NCBI GenBank assembly: GCA_964016885.1
Contig: OZ024765.1
Coordinates: 7,006,001 to 7,070,000 of the forward strand
Direction of reading: 5' to 3'
Length of the DNA: 64,000 nt
Source: Eledone cirrhosa
Lineage: Eukaryota
Of this stretch, positions 1 to 12,901 are shown piece after piece (the stretch's first letter is position 1; each line of letters starts with the position of its first letter). Under the pieces are notes generated by a model. That model made no database searches, had not been told where the DNA came from, and was given only the letters and a program-made list of their open reading frames with translations. Position numbers and translations under genes: made by a program.

Positions 1-133
1 AAAGCCTTTACTATGAAAATACAATAGTATATATAGAGTAATGTAAATGTTATGTGAGATATTATGTGAGGTAAAGTCTTTACCATGAAAATATAATAGT
101 GTATATAGAGTAATGTAAATGCTAAAGGGTTAA
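1..133. mobile_element. Right end of a TTAA-CCC (piggyBac-like) MITE, with a ~72-bp subterminal duplication
   Basis: Ends in TAAATGCTAAAGGG-TTAA (116-133), the reverse complement of the TTAACC(C/T)TTTAGCATTTA motif in the 93-bp satellite. The same subterminal sequence recurs at 6155-6220. Confidence 0.6.
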
Positions 134-206
134 AACAAACAGCGTTTTTTTAATGATAGAGGGGTTGTTTCAGTTGGTTTGACATAAAAAGAGTTAAAGG
201 CCTTAC

Positions 207-352
207 TGAATTATCATTTGGCATTGGTATGTCATTGAGGTCAGTGTAAGAAATGGGTACACTGTAGGTATATTTCCAGTTGGCCCCTCCACCTACAATG
301 GGACAGCGTTTCTCACTTTGAACAATGAGGTTACCACTATTCATAGATAAAT
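207..352 (-). CDS. Coding exon 3 of an unidentified secreted protein ((N)LSMNSGNLIVQSEKRCPIVGGGANWKYTYSVPISYTDLNDIPMPNDNS); gene continues left of the window
   Basis: Acceptor ctctctttcacAG, donor GTAAGG, 146 nt open. Starts in phase 1, matching the end of exon 1080-1225 (A|AT = Asn). Confidence 0.8.
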
Positions 353-480
353 CTGTGAAAGAGAGGAGGTCAGAAGATATGTGATTAGCACAGCTGTTTA
401 ATCCAACATAGAATGTTGATTTTTAATTTAGTTGTATGCAGAAGAGTAATTAGCGAAGATACCTTGTTTCCATTATTATA

Positions 481-860
481 AATGGATTGGCAGTATCAAT
501 AGAGGGTTGAACGCCATGCTTTGACGTATAGAGTTACGCCCCTTGCCATTCAGAGTTCAAATCCCGCCGAGGTTAACTTTGCCTTTCATCCTTACGGGGT
601 CGATAAAATAAAGTACCAGTAATACACTGGGTAATTACTGGCCTTGTGCCAAAAGTAGAAACAATTATTATAAATGGATTGGCAGTATCAGTAGAGGGTT
701 GAACGCCATGCTTTGACGCAAAGAGTTACGGCCCTTTATGGTCTGAGTTCAAATCCTGCGGAGGTTAACTTTGCCTTTCATCCTTACGGGGTCGATAAAT
801 TAGTACCAGTAATACACTGGTTAATTGCTGGCCTTGTGCCAAAAGTAGAAACAATTATTA
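481..860 (+). mobile_element. Tandem pair of SINE family A copies (tRNA-derived head, ATT tail)
   Basis: Two ~190-bp copies: TGGCAGTATC A-box-like, GAGTTCAAATCC B-box, central CTTTGCCTTTCATCCTTACGGGGTCGATAAA domain, tail AAGTAGAAACAATTATT. Confidence 0.9.
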
Positions 861-917
861 TAAGATTTGTGGGATTTGAACTCAGAATGTAAAGAGGTGA
901 AACAAATGTTGTAAATA

Positions 918-1003
918 GCAACAACAACAACACCACCACCAACAACAACAACACCAACACCAACACCACCAACACCAACACCACCAACAACAACAACAAC
1001 ACC

Positions 1004-1034
<31 letters not shown>

Positions 1035-1062
1035 CCAACACCACCACCAACAACAACAACAA
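918..1062. repeat. (CAA/CAC)n trinucleotide microsatellite
   Basis: Direct reading; it produces the poly-L/V stretch of ORF 784..1140. Confidence 0.95.
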
Positions 1063-1079
1063 TAAAGAAATTATCTTAC

Positions 1080-1225
1080 TGAAAGAGTCAAAGTAGTGGT
1101 TTAAAACATTAAGGGCAAACAGTGGGTTATAGAAGTCCAACTTGGTTGTAAGGTAAACCCCTTGAGGGAACTGCTTGGTCTTCAGTGTACTTGTTGGTAT
1201 TGAGTGGTACTGCCTGGCACTGTTC
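1080..1225 (-). CDS. Coding exon 2 of the unidentified secreted protein (NSARQYHSIPTSTLKTKQFPQGVYLTTKLDFYNPLFALNVLNHYFDSF)
   Basis: Acceptor ttcttctgtattaAG, donor GTAAGA, 146 nt. Phase 2 start and phase 1 end fit both neighbouring exons. Confidence 0.8.
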
Positions 1226-1279
1226 CTTAATACAGAAGAAATTGAAGCAAATAAACAAGAAAGTCCCCTTCTATATATA

Positions 1280-1622
1280 TCATCATCATCATCATCATTT
1301 TACGTCTGCTTTTCCCTGCTTGCAAGGGTGGGACGGGAACTGATTCTGGCTTGATTTCTACAGCTGGATGCCCCTTCCTAACACCAACCTCATTTACAGT
1401 GAGGGCTGGGTGCTTTTTTGCCGTGGCACCTCCACGACCACTTTACAGTGGAATGATAGGGACCCCAGTCCCTATCATCTCATTTCTACAGCTGAGTAAA
1501 CTGGAGCAATGTGAAATAAAGTGTCTTGCTCAAAGAAACAACACATCACCTGGTCTGAGAATTGAACTCACAACCTTTCGATTGCAAGGCCAATGCTCTA
1601 ACCACTAAGCCATGTGCCTCCA
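1280..1622 (-). mobile_element. Full-length SINE family B (tRNA head, CORE-like domain, RTE-type tail ending (GAT)n)
   Basis: Minus strand reads GGAGGCACATGGCTTAGTGGTTAG (A box), GAGTTCAATTCTC (B box), TTGAGCAAGACACTTTATTTCACATTGCTCCAGTTTACTCAGCTGTAGAAATG (similar to the MIR CORE), then the tail shared with the LINE at 15150-16280. Confidence 0.88.
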
Positions 1623-1799
1623 TATATATATATACAGTCCCCCTTCAATATATACAGACCCCTTCAATATATTCAGTCCCCTTTAATATATTCAGTCCCT
1701 TTTAATATACTCCTTTCACTTTTCTTTTCCTTCTTTCTTTCTCTCTTTCTTTCCTTTTCTCTTTCTTTCTTCGCTTAGCCTTTTGTCCTCCCCCTCTTT

Positions 1800-3015
1800 C
1801 TCTCCCTCGTTCCCTTTCATTTAGCCTTTGTTATCTCTCTCTCGCTCTCTCTCTCTTTCCCTTTCATTTAGCCTTTGTTATCTCTCTCTCGCTCTCTCTC
1901 TCTTTCCCTTTCATTTAGCCTTTGTTAACTCTCTCTCGCTCTCTCTCTCTTTCCCTTTCATTTAGCCTTTGTTATCTCTCTCTCTTGCTCTCTCTCTCTT
2001 TCCCTTTCATTTAGCCTTTGTTATCTCTCTCTCGCTCTCTCTCTCTCTTTCCCTTTCATTTAGCCTTTGTTATCTCTCTCTTGCTCTCTCTCTCGCTCTC
2101 TCTCTCTTTCCCTTTCATTTAGCCTTTGTTATCTCTCTCTTGCTCTCTCTCTCTTTCCCTTTCATTTAGCCTTTGTTATCTCTCTCTCTTTCCCTTTCAT
2201 TTAGCCTTTGTTATCTCTCTCTCGCTCTCTCTCTCTTTCCCTTTCATTTAGCCTTTGTTATCTCTCTCTCTTGCTCTCTCTCTCTTTCCCTTTCATTTAG
2301 CCTTTGTTATCTCTCTCTCGCTCTCTCTCTCTTTCCCTTTCATTTAGCCTTTGTTATCTCTCTCTCGCTCTCTCTCTCTTTCCCTTTCATTTAGCCTTTG
2401 TTATCTCTCTCTCTTGCTCTCTCTCTCTTTCCCTTTCATTTAGCCTTTGTTATCTCTCTCTCGCTCTCTCTCTCTTTCCCTTTCATTTAGCCTTTGTTAT
2501 CTCTCTCTCTTGCTCTCTCTCTCTTTCCCTTTCATTTAGCCTTTGTTATCTCTCTCTCTTGCTCTCTCTCTCTTTCCCTTTCATTTAGCCTTTGTTATCT
2601 CTCTCTCTTGCTCTCTCTCTCTTTCCCTTTCATTTAGCCTTTGTTATCTCTCTCTCGCTCTCTCTCTCTTTCCCTTTCATTTAGCCTTTGTTATCTCTCT
2701 CTCTTGCTCTCTCTCTCTTTCCCTTTCATTTAGCCTTTGTTATCTCTCTCTCGCTCTCTCTCTCTTTCCCTTTCATTTAGCCTTTGTTATCTCTCTCTTG
2801 CTCTCTCTCTCTTTCCCTTTCATTTAGCCTTTGTTATCTCTCTCTTGCTCTCTCTCTCTTTCCCTTTCATTTAGCCTTTGTTATCTCTCTCTCTTTCCCT
2901 TTCATTTAGCCTTTGTTATCTCTCTCTCGCTCTCTCTCTCTTTCCCTTTCATTTAGCCTTTGTTATCTCTCTCTCGCTCTCTCTCTCTTTCCCTTTCATT
3001 TAGCCTTTTGTTCTT

Positions 3016-3070
<55 letters not shown>
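1800..3070. repeat. Pyrimidine-rich minisatellite, ~41-47-bp unit (TTTCCCTTTCATTTAGCCTTTGTTA + (TC)n), ending in a (CT)n run
   Basis: Direct reading; lies in the intron between exons 3289-3347 and 1080-1225. Confidence 0.95.
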
Positions 3071-3075
<5 letters not shown>

Positions 3076-3288
3076 ATAGCCTTTCATTCTTTCTCCCTTT
3101 CTGTGTCTCTTTCATCTATTATCTCATTCTTTAGTTTTTTTTCATTCATTCTGTCATTCTTCTACTGGTTTCAGCCATAACACAGTGGCAGTGCTGCAGC
3201 ATGGCCACAGTCTAATGACTAAAACCACTAGAAGAGTAAAACTATAAAACCACATCAGAAAGAATGTAAGGATGACCAGGCAACATAC

Positions 3289-3347
3289 TCAAGGACAAAA
3301 GATAGCACCACAGCCAGGCACAATGGAAACGTCTTCATCATGGACAT
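3289..3347 (-). CDS. First coding exon, signal-peptide-like (MSMMKTFPLCLAVVLSFVL-E)
   Basis: Exon opens at 3359 after poly-T-gcAG. ATG at 3347, Lys then a hydrophobic core, donor GA|GTATGT in phase 2 joining G|AAC of exon 2. Confidence 0.75.
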
Positions 3348-3477
3348 TTTCTTATGAATCTGCAAAAAAAAAAAAATACATGTACTCTGAGATCTGAAAT
3401 ACCCCAATGCCCGCCCGACACACACACACACTTATCAAATTTTTGCTAATCTATCTCCGGCAAAATTTTATTTTCGC

Positions 3478-6130
3478 ACTTTAGCATTTAAACTGGCCAT
3501 ATCTTGCCAGAATTCTCTCACCCCTTTCTGTTCAAACCAGCTGTAACCAGCTACTCATACTTATTTGAACCTTTTAGCATTTAAACTGGCCATATCTTGC
3601 CAGAATTCTCTCACCTCTTTCTGTTCAAACCAGCTGTAACCAGCTACTCATACTTATTTTAACCTTTTAGCATTTAAACTGGCCATATCTTGCCAGAATT
3701 CTCTCACCCCTTTCTGTTCAAACCAGCTGTAACCAGCTACTCATACTTATTTGAACCTTTTAGCATTTAAACTGGCCATATCTTGCCAGAATTCTCTCAC
3801 CCCTTTCTGTTCAAACCAGCTGTAACCAGCTACTCATACTAATTTGAACCTTTTAGCATTTAAACTGGTCATATCTGACCAGAATTCTCTCACCCCTTTC
3901 TGTTCAAACCAGCTGTAACCAGCTACTCATACTTATTTGAACCTTTTAGCATTTAAACTGGCCATATCTTGCCAGAATTCTCTCACCCCTTTCTGTTCAA
4001 ACCAGCTGTAACCAGCTACTCATACTTATTTGAACCTTTTAGCATTTAAACTGGCCATATCTTGCCAGAATTCTCTCACCTCTTTCTGTTCAAACCAGCT
4101 GTAACCAGCTACTCATACTTATTTTAACCTTTTAGCATTTAAACTGGCCATATCTGACCAGAATTCTCTCACCCCTTTCTGTTCAAACCAGCTGTAACCA
4201 GCTACTCATACTTATTTTAACCTTTTAGCATTTAAACTGGCCATATCTGACCAGAATTCTCTCACCCCTTTCTGTTCAAACCAGCTGTAACCAGCTACTC
4301 ATACTTATTTTAACCTTTTAGCATTTAAACTGGCCATATCTGACCAGAATTCTCTCACCCCTTTCTGTTCAAACCAGCTGTAACCAGCTACTCATACTTA
4401 TTTGAAACTTTTAACATTTAAACTGGCCATATCTGACCAGAATTCTCTCACCCCTTTCTGTTCAAACCAGCTGTAACCAGCTACTCATACTTATTTGAAC
4501 CTTTTAGCATTTAAACTGGCCATATCTGACCAGAATTCTCTCACCCCTTTCTGTTCAAACCAGCTGTAACCAGCTACTCATACTTATTTTAACCTTTTAG
4601 CATTTAAACTGGCCATATCTGACCAGAATTCTCTCACCCCTTTCTGTTCAAACCAGCTGTAACCAGCTACTCATACTTATTTTAACCTTTTAGCATTTAA
4701 ACTGGCCATATCTGACCAGAATTCTCTCACCCCTTTCTGTTCAAACCAGCTGTAACCAGCTACTCATACTTATTTGAAACTTTTAACATTTAAACTGGCC
4801 ATATCTTGCCAGAATTCTCTCAACCCTTTCTGTTCAAACCAGCTGTAACCAGCTACTCATACTTATTTGAAACTTTTAGCATTTAAACTGGCCATATCTG
4901 ACCAGAATTCTCTCACCCCTTTCTGTTCAAACCAGCTGTAACCAGCTACTCATACTTATTTGAACCTTTTAGCATTTAAACTGGCCATATCTGACCAGAA
5001 TTCTCTCACCCCATTCTGTTCAAACCAGCTGTAACCAGCTACTCATACTTATTTGAACCTTTTAGCATTTAAACTGGCCATATCTGACCAGAATTCTCTC
5101 ACCCCTTTCTGTTCAAACCAGCTGTAACCAGCTACTCATACTTATTTGAACCTTTTAGCATTTAAACTGGCCATATCTGACCAGAATTCTCTCACCCCTT
5201 TCTGTTCAAACCAGCTGTAACCAGCTACTCATACTTATTTGAACCTTTTAGCATTTAAACTGGCCATATCTGACCAGAATTCTCTCACCCCTTTCTGTTC
5301 AAACCAGCTGTAACCAGCTACTCATACTTATTTGAACCTTTTAGCATTTAAACTGGCCATATCTGACCAGAATTCTCTCACCCCTTTCTGTTCAAACCAG
5401 CTGTAACCAGCTACTCATACTTATTTGAACCTTTTAGCATTTAAACTGGCCATATCTGACCAGAATTCTCTCACCCCATTCTGTTCAAACCAGCTGTAAC
5501 CAGCTACTCATACTTATTTGAACCTTTTAGCATTTAAACTGGCCATATCTGACCAGAATTCTCTCACCCCTTTCTGTTCAAACCAGCTGTAACCAGCTAC
5601 TCATACTTATTTGAACCTTTTAGCATTTAAACTGGCCATATCTGACCAGAATTCTCTCACCCCTTTCTGTTCAAACCAGCTGTAACCAGCTACTCATACT
5701 TATTTGAACCTTTTAGCATTTAAACTGGCCATATCTGACCAGAATTCTCTCACCCCTTTCTGTTCAAACCAGCTGTAACCAGCTACTCATACTTATTTGA
5801 ACCTTTTAGCATTTAAACTGGCCATATCTGACCAGAATTCTCTCACCCCTTTCTGTTCAAACCAGCTGTAACCAGCTACTCATACTTATTTGAACCTTTT
5901 AGCATTTAAACTGGCCATATCTGACCAGAATTCTCTCACCCCTTTCTGTTCAAACCAGCTGTAACCAGCTACTCATACTTATTTGAACCTTTTAGCATTT
6001 AAACTGGCCATATCTGACCAGAATTCTCTCACCCCTTTCTGTTCAAACCAGCTGTAACCAGCTACTCATACTTATTTTAACCTTTTAGCATTTAAACTGG
6101 CCATATCTGGTCAGAGTTCTCTCACCTCTT
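3478..6130. repeat. 93-bp tandem satellite, ~28 copies, derived from the left end of a MITE
   Basis: Unit AACCTTTTAGCATTTAAACTGGCCATATCTGACCAGAATTCTCTCACCCCTTTCTGTTCAAACCAGCTGTAACCAGCTACTCATACTTATTTG; period measured 3481 to 3574. Confidence 0.95.
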
Positions 6131-6154
6131 TATATATATATGTGAGATAAAGAT

Positions 6155-6222
6155 ATGTGAGGTAAAGCCTTTACTGTTAAAATACAATGGTATATATAAA
6201 GTAATGTAAATGCTAAAGAGCT
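6155..6222. mobile_element. Right end of the MITE whose left end was amplified into the 93-bp array
   Basis: GTGAGGTAAAGCCTTTAC...GTAATGTAAATGCTAAAG matches 66-128. Confidence 0.65.
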
Positions 6223-6285
6223 ACACTGGCTGTATCCATCACAAAAGAGGTTGGTGGTGATTTTAAAGAGGAGAAATGTACTTAC

Positions 6286-6355
6286 CTTATGACTGTAAAG
6301 AGAAGCCAGTGACACTAGACACAGCTATGTTGACAGTCTAGTCAAATATGTATAA
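6286..6355 (-). other. Probable non-coding first exon (5' UTR) of the secreted-protein gene
   Basis: Consensus donor AAG|GTAAGT at 6286/6285 in unique sequence, with a TATATATA run ~25-30 nt upstream of the guessed start. The 5' boundary is a guess. Confidence 0.45.
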
Positions 6356-6667
6356 GTGTTGAGTTTGTTACTCTCTCTATATATATACATACATCACCAT
6401 CATGTATATAAATATATATATATATATATATGAACATATATAGATATGTGTGTGCCTGTGTATATGTGGGGAGGGGGGGGGGGGGGTATGTATGTGTCTG
6501 TGTGTATGTGTATGTGGGGATCTGTGTGTATGTGTATGTCTGTGTTTGCACCAATCCCTGTGTGTCTACTATAAACAACATATAATCAATATCCTGTTCT
6601 GAAATTTGGTATGTCATAAAATTTCCACCTCCACTCCCCACAGCTCCTTATCTCTCACACACAGCCG

Positions 6668-9600
6668 TATATATATATGTATATGTATGCATATATGTAT
6701 GTATATGTATGCATATATGTATGTATATATATGTATATGTATGTATGTATGCATATATATATATATAAATGTGTATATGTATATGTATGTTTGTATATAT
6801 ATATATAAATGTGTATATATATATATATAAATGTGTATATATATATATGTATATGTATGTATGTATATGTATGTATATGTATATGTATGTATGTATATAT
6901 ATGTATATGTATGTATGTATGCATATATATATATATAAATGTGTATATGTATATGTATGTTTGTATATATATATATAAATGTGTATATATATATATGTAT
7001 ATGTATGTATGTATATGTATGTATATGTATATGTATGTATGTATATATATGTATATGTATGTATGTATGCATATATATATATATAAATGTGTATATGTAT
7101 ATGTATGTTTGTATATATATATATAAATGTGTATATATATATATGTATATGTATGTATGTATATGTATGTATATGTATATGTATGTATGTATATATATGT
7201 ATATGTATGTATGTATGCATATATATATATATAAATGTGTATATGTATATGTATGTTTGTATATATATATATAAATGTGTATATATATATATGTATATGT
7301 ATGTATGTATATGTATGTATATGTATATGTATGTATGTATATATATGTATATGTATGTATGTATGCATATATATATATATAAATGTGTATATGTATATGT
7401 ATGTTTGTATATATATATATAAATGTGTATATATATGTATGTATGTATATGTATGTATATGTATATGTATGTATGTATATATATGTATATGTATGTATGT
7501 ATGCATATATATATATATAAATGTGTATATGTATATGTATGTTTGTATATATATATATAAATGTGTATATATATATATGTATATGTATGCATATATGTAT
7601 GTATATGTATATGTATGTATGTATATATATGTATATGTGTGTATGTATGCATATATATATATATAAATGTGTATATGTATATGTATGTTTGTATATATAT
7701 ATATAAATGTGTATATATATATATGTATATGTATGCATATATGTATGTATATGTATATGTATGTATGTATATATATGTATATGTGTGTATGTATGCATAT
7801 ATATATATATAAATGTGTATATGTATATGTATGTTTGTATATATATATATAAATGTGTATATATATATATGTATATGTATGTATGTATATGTATGTATAT
7901 GTATATGTATGTATGTATATATATGTATATGTATGTATGTATGCATATATATATATATAAATGTGTATATGTATATGTATGTTTGTATATATATATATAA
8001 ATGTGTATATATATATATGTATATGTATGTATGTATATGTATGTATATGTATATGTATGTATGTATATATATGTATATGTATGTATGTATGCATATATAT
8101 ATATATAAATGTGTATATGTATATGTATGTTTGTATATATATATATAAATGTGTATATATATATATGTATATGTATGTATGTATATGTATGTATATGTAT
8201 ATGTATGTATGTATATATATGTATATGTATGTATGTATGCATATATATATATATAAATGTGTATATGTATATGTATGTTTGTATATATATATATAAATGT
8301 GTATATATATATATGTATATGTATGTATGTATATGTATGTATATGTATATGTATGTATGTATATATATGTATATGTATGTATGTATGCATATATATATAT
8401 ATAAATGTGTATATGTATGTTTGTATATATATATATAAATGTGTATATATATATATGTATATGTATGTATGTATATGTATGTATATGTATATGTATGTAT
8501 GTATATATATGTATATGTATGTATGTATGCATATATATATATATAAATGTGTATATGTATATGTATGTTTGTATATATATATATAAATGTGTATATATAT
8601 ATATATGTATATGTATGTATGTATATGTATGTATATGTATATGTATGTATGTATATATATGTATATGTATGTATGTATGCATATATATATATATAAATGT
8701 GTATATGTATATGTATGTTTGTATATATATATATAAATGTGTATATATATATATGTATATGTATGTATGTATATGTATGTATATGTATATGTATGTATGT
8801 ATATATATGTATATGTATGTATGTATGCATATATATATATATAAATGTGTATATGTATATGTATGTTTGTATATATATATATAAATGTGTATATATATAT
8901 ATGTATATGTATGTATGTATATGTATGTATATGTATATGTATGTATGTATATATATGTATATGTATGTATGTATGCATATATATATATATAAATGTGTAT
9001 ATGTATATGTATGTTTGTATATATATATATAAATGTGTATATATATATATGTATATGTATGTATGTATATGTATGTATATGTATATGTATGTATGTATAT
9101 ATATGTATATGTATGTATGTATGCATATATATATATATAAATGTGTATATGTATATGTATGTTTGTATATATATATATAAATGTGTATATATATATATGT
9201 ATATGTATGTATGTATATGTATGTATATGTATATGTATGTATGTATATATATGTATATGTATGTATGTATGCATATATATATATATAAATGTGTATATGT
9301 ATATGTATGTTTGTATATATATATATAAATGTGTATATATATATATGTATATATGTATGTATATGTATGTATATGTATATGTATGTATGTATATATATGT
9401 ATATGTATGTATGTATGCATATATATATATATAAATGTGTATATGTATATGTATGTTTGTATATATATATATAAATGTGTATATATATGTATTGTATGTA
9501 TATGTATGTATATGTATATGTATGTATGTATATATATGTATATGTATGTATGCATATATATATATATAAATGTGTATATGTATATGTATGTTTGTATATA

Positions 9601-11977
9601 TATATATAAATGTGTATATATATATATATGTATATGTATGTATGTATATGTATGTATATGTATATGTATGTATGTATATATATGTATATGTATGTATGTA
9701 TGCATATATATATATATAAATGTGTATATGTATATGTATGTTTGTATATATATATATAAATGTGTATATATATATATGTATATGTATGTATGTATATGTA
9801 TGTATATGTATATGTATGTATGTATATATATGTATATGTATGTATGTATGCATATATATATATATAAATGTGTATATGTATATGTATGTTTGTATATATA
9901 TATATAAATGTGTATATATATATATGTATATGTATGTATGTATATGTATGTATATGTATATGTATGTATGTATATATATGTATATGTATGTATGTATGCA
10001 TATATTATATATATAAATGTGTATATGTATATGTATGTTTGTATATATATATATAAATGTGTATTATGTATGTATGTATATGTATGTATATGTATATGTA
10101 TGTATGTATATATATGTATATGTATGTATGTATGCATATATATATATATAAATGTGTATATGTATATGTATGTTTGTATATATATATATAAATGTGTATA
10201 TATATATATATGTATATGTATGTATGTATATGTATGTATATGTATATGTATGTATGTATATATATGTATATGTATGTATGTATGCATATATATATATATA
10301 AATGTGTATATGTATATGTATGTTTGTATATATATATATAAATGTGTATATATATGTATGTATGTATATGTATGTATATGTATATGTATGTATGTATATA
10401 TATGTATATGTATGTATGTATGCATATATATATATATAAAATGTGTATATGTATATGTATGTTTGTATATATATATATAAATGTGTATATATATATATGT
10501 ATATGTATGTATGTAATGTATGTATATGTATATGTATGTATGTATATATATGTATATGTATGTATGTATGCATATATATATATATAAATGTGTATATGTA
10601 TATGTATGTTTGTATATATATATATAAATGTGTATATATATATATATGTATATGTATGTATGTATATGTATGTATATGTATATGTATGTATGTATATATA
10701 TGTATATGTATGTATGTATGCATATATATATATATAAATGTGTATATGTATATGTATGTTTGTATATATATATATAAATGTGTATATATATATATGTATA
10801 TGTATGTATGTATATGTATGTATATGTATATGATGTATGTATATATATGTATATGTATGTATGTATGCATATATATATATATATAAATGTGTATATGTAT
10901 ATGTATGTTTGTATATATATATATAAATGTGTATATATGTATATGTATGTATATGTATGTATATGTATATGTATGTATGTATATATATGTATATGTATGT
11001 ATGTATGCATATATATATATATAAATGTGTATATGTATATGTATGTTTGTATATATATATATAAATGTGTATATATATATGTATATGTATGTATGTATAT
11101 GTATGTATATGTATATGTATGTATGTATATATATGTATATGTATGTATGTATGCATATATATATATATAAATGTGTATATGTATATGTATGTTTGTATAT
11201 ATATATATAAATGTGTATATATATATATGTATATGTATGTATGTATATGTATGTATATGTATATGTATGTATGTATATATATGTATATGTATGTATGTAT
11301 GCATATATATATATAAATGTGTATATGTATATGTATGTTTGTATATATATATATAAATGTGTATATATATATATGTATATGTATGTATGTATATGTATGT
11401 ATATGTATATGTATGTATGTATATATATGTATATGTATGTATGTATGCATATATATATATATAAATGTGTATATGTATATGTATGTTTGTATATATATAT
11501 ATAAATGTGTATATATATATATGTATATGTATGTATGTATATGTATGTATATGTATGTATGTATATATATGTATATGTATGTATGTATGCATATATATAT
11601 ATAAATGTGTATATGTATATGTATGTTTGTATATATATATATAAATGTGTATATATATATATGTATATGTATGTATGTATATGTATGTATATGTATGTAT
11701 GTATATATATGTATATGTATGTATGTATGCATATATATATATATAAATGTGTATATGTATATGTATGTTTGTATATATATATATAAATGTGTATATATAT
11801 ATATGTATATGTATGTATGTATATGTATGTATATGTATATGTATGTATGTATATATATGTATATGTATGTATGTATGCATATATATATATAAATGTGTAT
11901 ATGTATGTTTGTATATATATACATAAATGTGTATATATATATATGTATATGTATGTCTATATATATATATAAATGTG

Positions 11978-12010
<33 letters not shown>

Positions 12011-12072
12011 ATATATATATAAATGTGTATATATATATATGTATATATGAATATATATATTTATATAAATGC
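6668..12072. repeat. 148-bp higher-order satellite built from TA/TG/TATG microsatellite units, ~36 copies
   Basis: Landmarks AAATGTG, GTTTG and TGCA recur with period 148 (6939, 7087, 7235; 8697, 8845, 8993), with +/-2 to 6 slippage variants. Confidence 0.95.
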
Positions 12073-12075
12073 GTA

Positions 12076-12320
12076 TCATCATCATCATCATTTCATTTTA
12101 CGTCCGCTTTTTCCCTGCTTGCAAGGATGGGACGGGAACTGATTCTGGCTTGATTTCTACAGCTGGATGCCCTTCCTAACACCAACCTCATTTACAGTGA
12201 GTGCTGGGTGCTTTTTTGCCGTGGCACCTCCACGACCACTTTGCAGTGGAATGATAGGGACCCCAGTCCCTATCATTCCACTGCATTCCACTGAGTAAAC
12301 TGGAGCAATGTGAAATAAAG
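12076..12320 (-). mobile_element. SINE family B, 3' part
   Basis: Closely matches 1280-1520. Confidence 0.85.
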
Positions 12321-12333
12321 ATATATATATCAT

Positions 12334-12368
<35 letters not shown>

Positions 12369-12556
12369 TATATATACATGCATATATAAATATACATGCA
12401 TTTATATTAATAAATATATAATATATACGTATATATATATATATACATGCATATATATACATGCATTTATATTAATAAATATATAATATATATGTATATA
12501 TATATACATGCATATATATATATTTATATACGCATTTATATATATATTCATATATA

Positions 12557-12846
12557 ATCGAAAGGTTGTGAGTTCAATTCTCAGACTGGGTGATGTGTTG
12601 TTTCCTTGAGCAAGACACTTTATTTCACATTGCTCCAGTTTACTCAGCTGTAGAAATGAGTTGATAGGGACCACTGCAAATTGGTCATGGAGGTGCCATG
12701 GCAAAAAAGCACCCAGGACTCACTGTAAATTAGGTTGGTGTTAGGAAGGGCATCCAGCTGTAGAAATCAAGCCAGAATCAGTTCCCGTCCCACCCTTGCA
12801 GCAGGAAAAAAGCGGACGTAAAATGAAATGATGATGATGATGATGA
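12557..12846 (+). mobile_element. SINE family B, 5'-truncated, inverted relative to 12076-12320
   Basis: B box GAGTTCAATTCTC, CORE-like domain and tail ...GCGGACGTAAAATGAAATGATGATG. Confidence 0.85.
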
Positions 12847-12901
12847 TAAGGTAACCACAGTAAGTAAAGTACTCAATACATAGCAGAGTATAAAAGTTTT
12901 A

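Noticed and set aside
784-1079. Poly-Leu/Val transmembrane-like tail of ORF 784..1140
   Set aside because: Intronic (CAA/CAC)n repeat read through past the donor at 1079; only 1080-1225 is exon.
1969-3134. Leu/Ser-rich ORFs resembling membrane proteins
   Set aside because: Produced by the CT minisatellite.
3478-6130. Possible CRISPR array
   Set aside because: Head-to-tail near-identical 93-mers with no unique spacers, eukaryotic context, no cas genes.
6606-12462. Very long ORFs (up to 1741 aa) rich in Y/I/H/T or M/C/V
   Set aside because: Translations of the TA/TG satellite, which lacks stops on one strand; no coding complexity.
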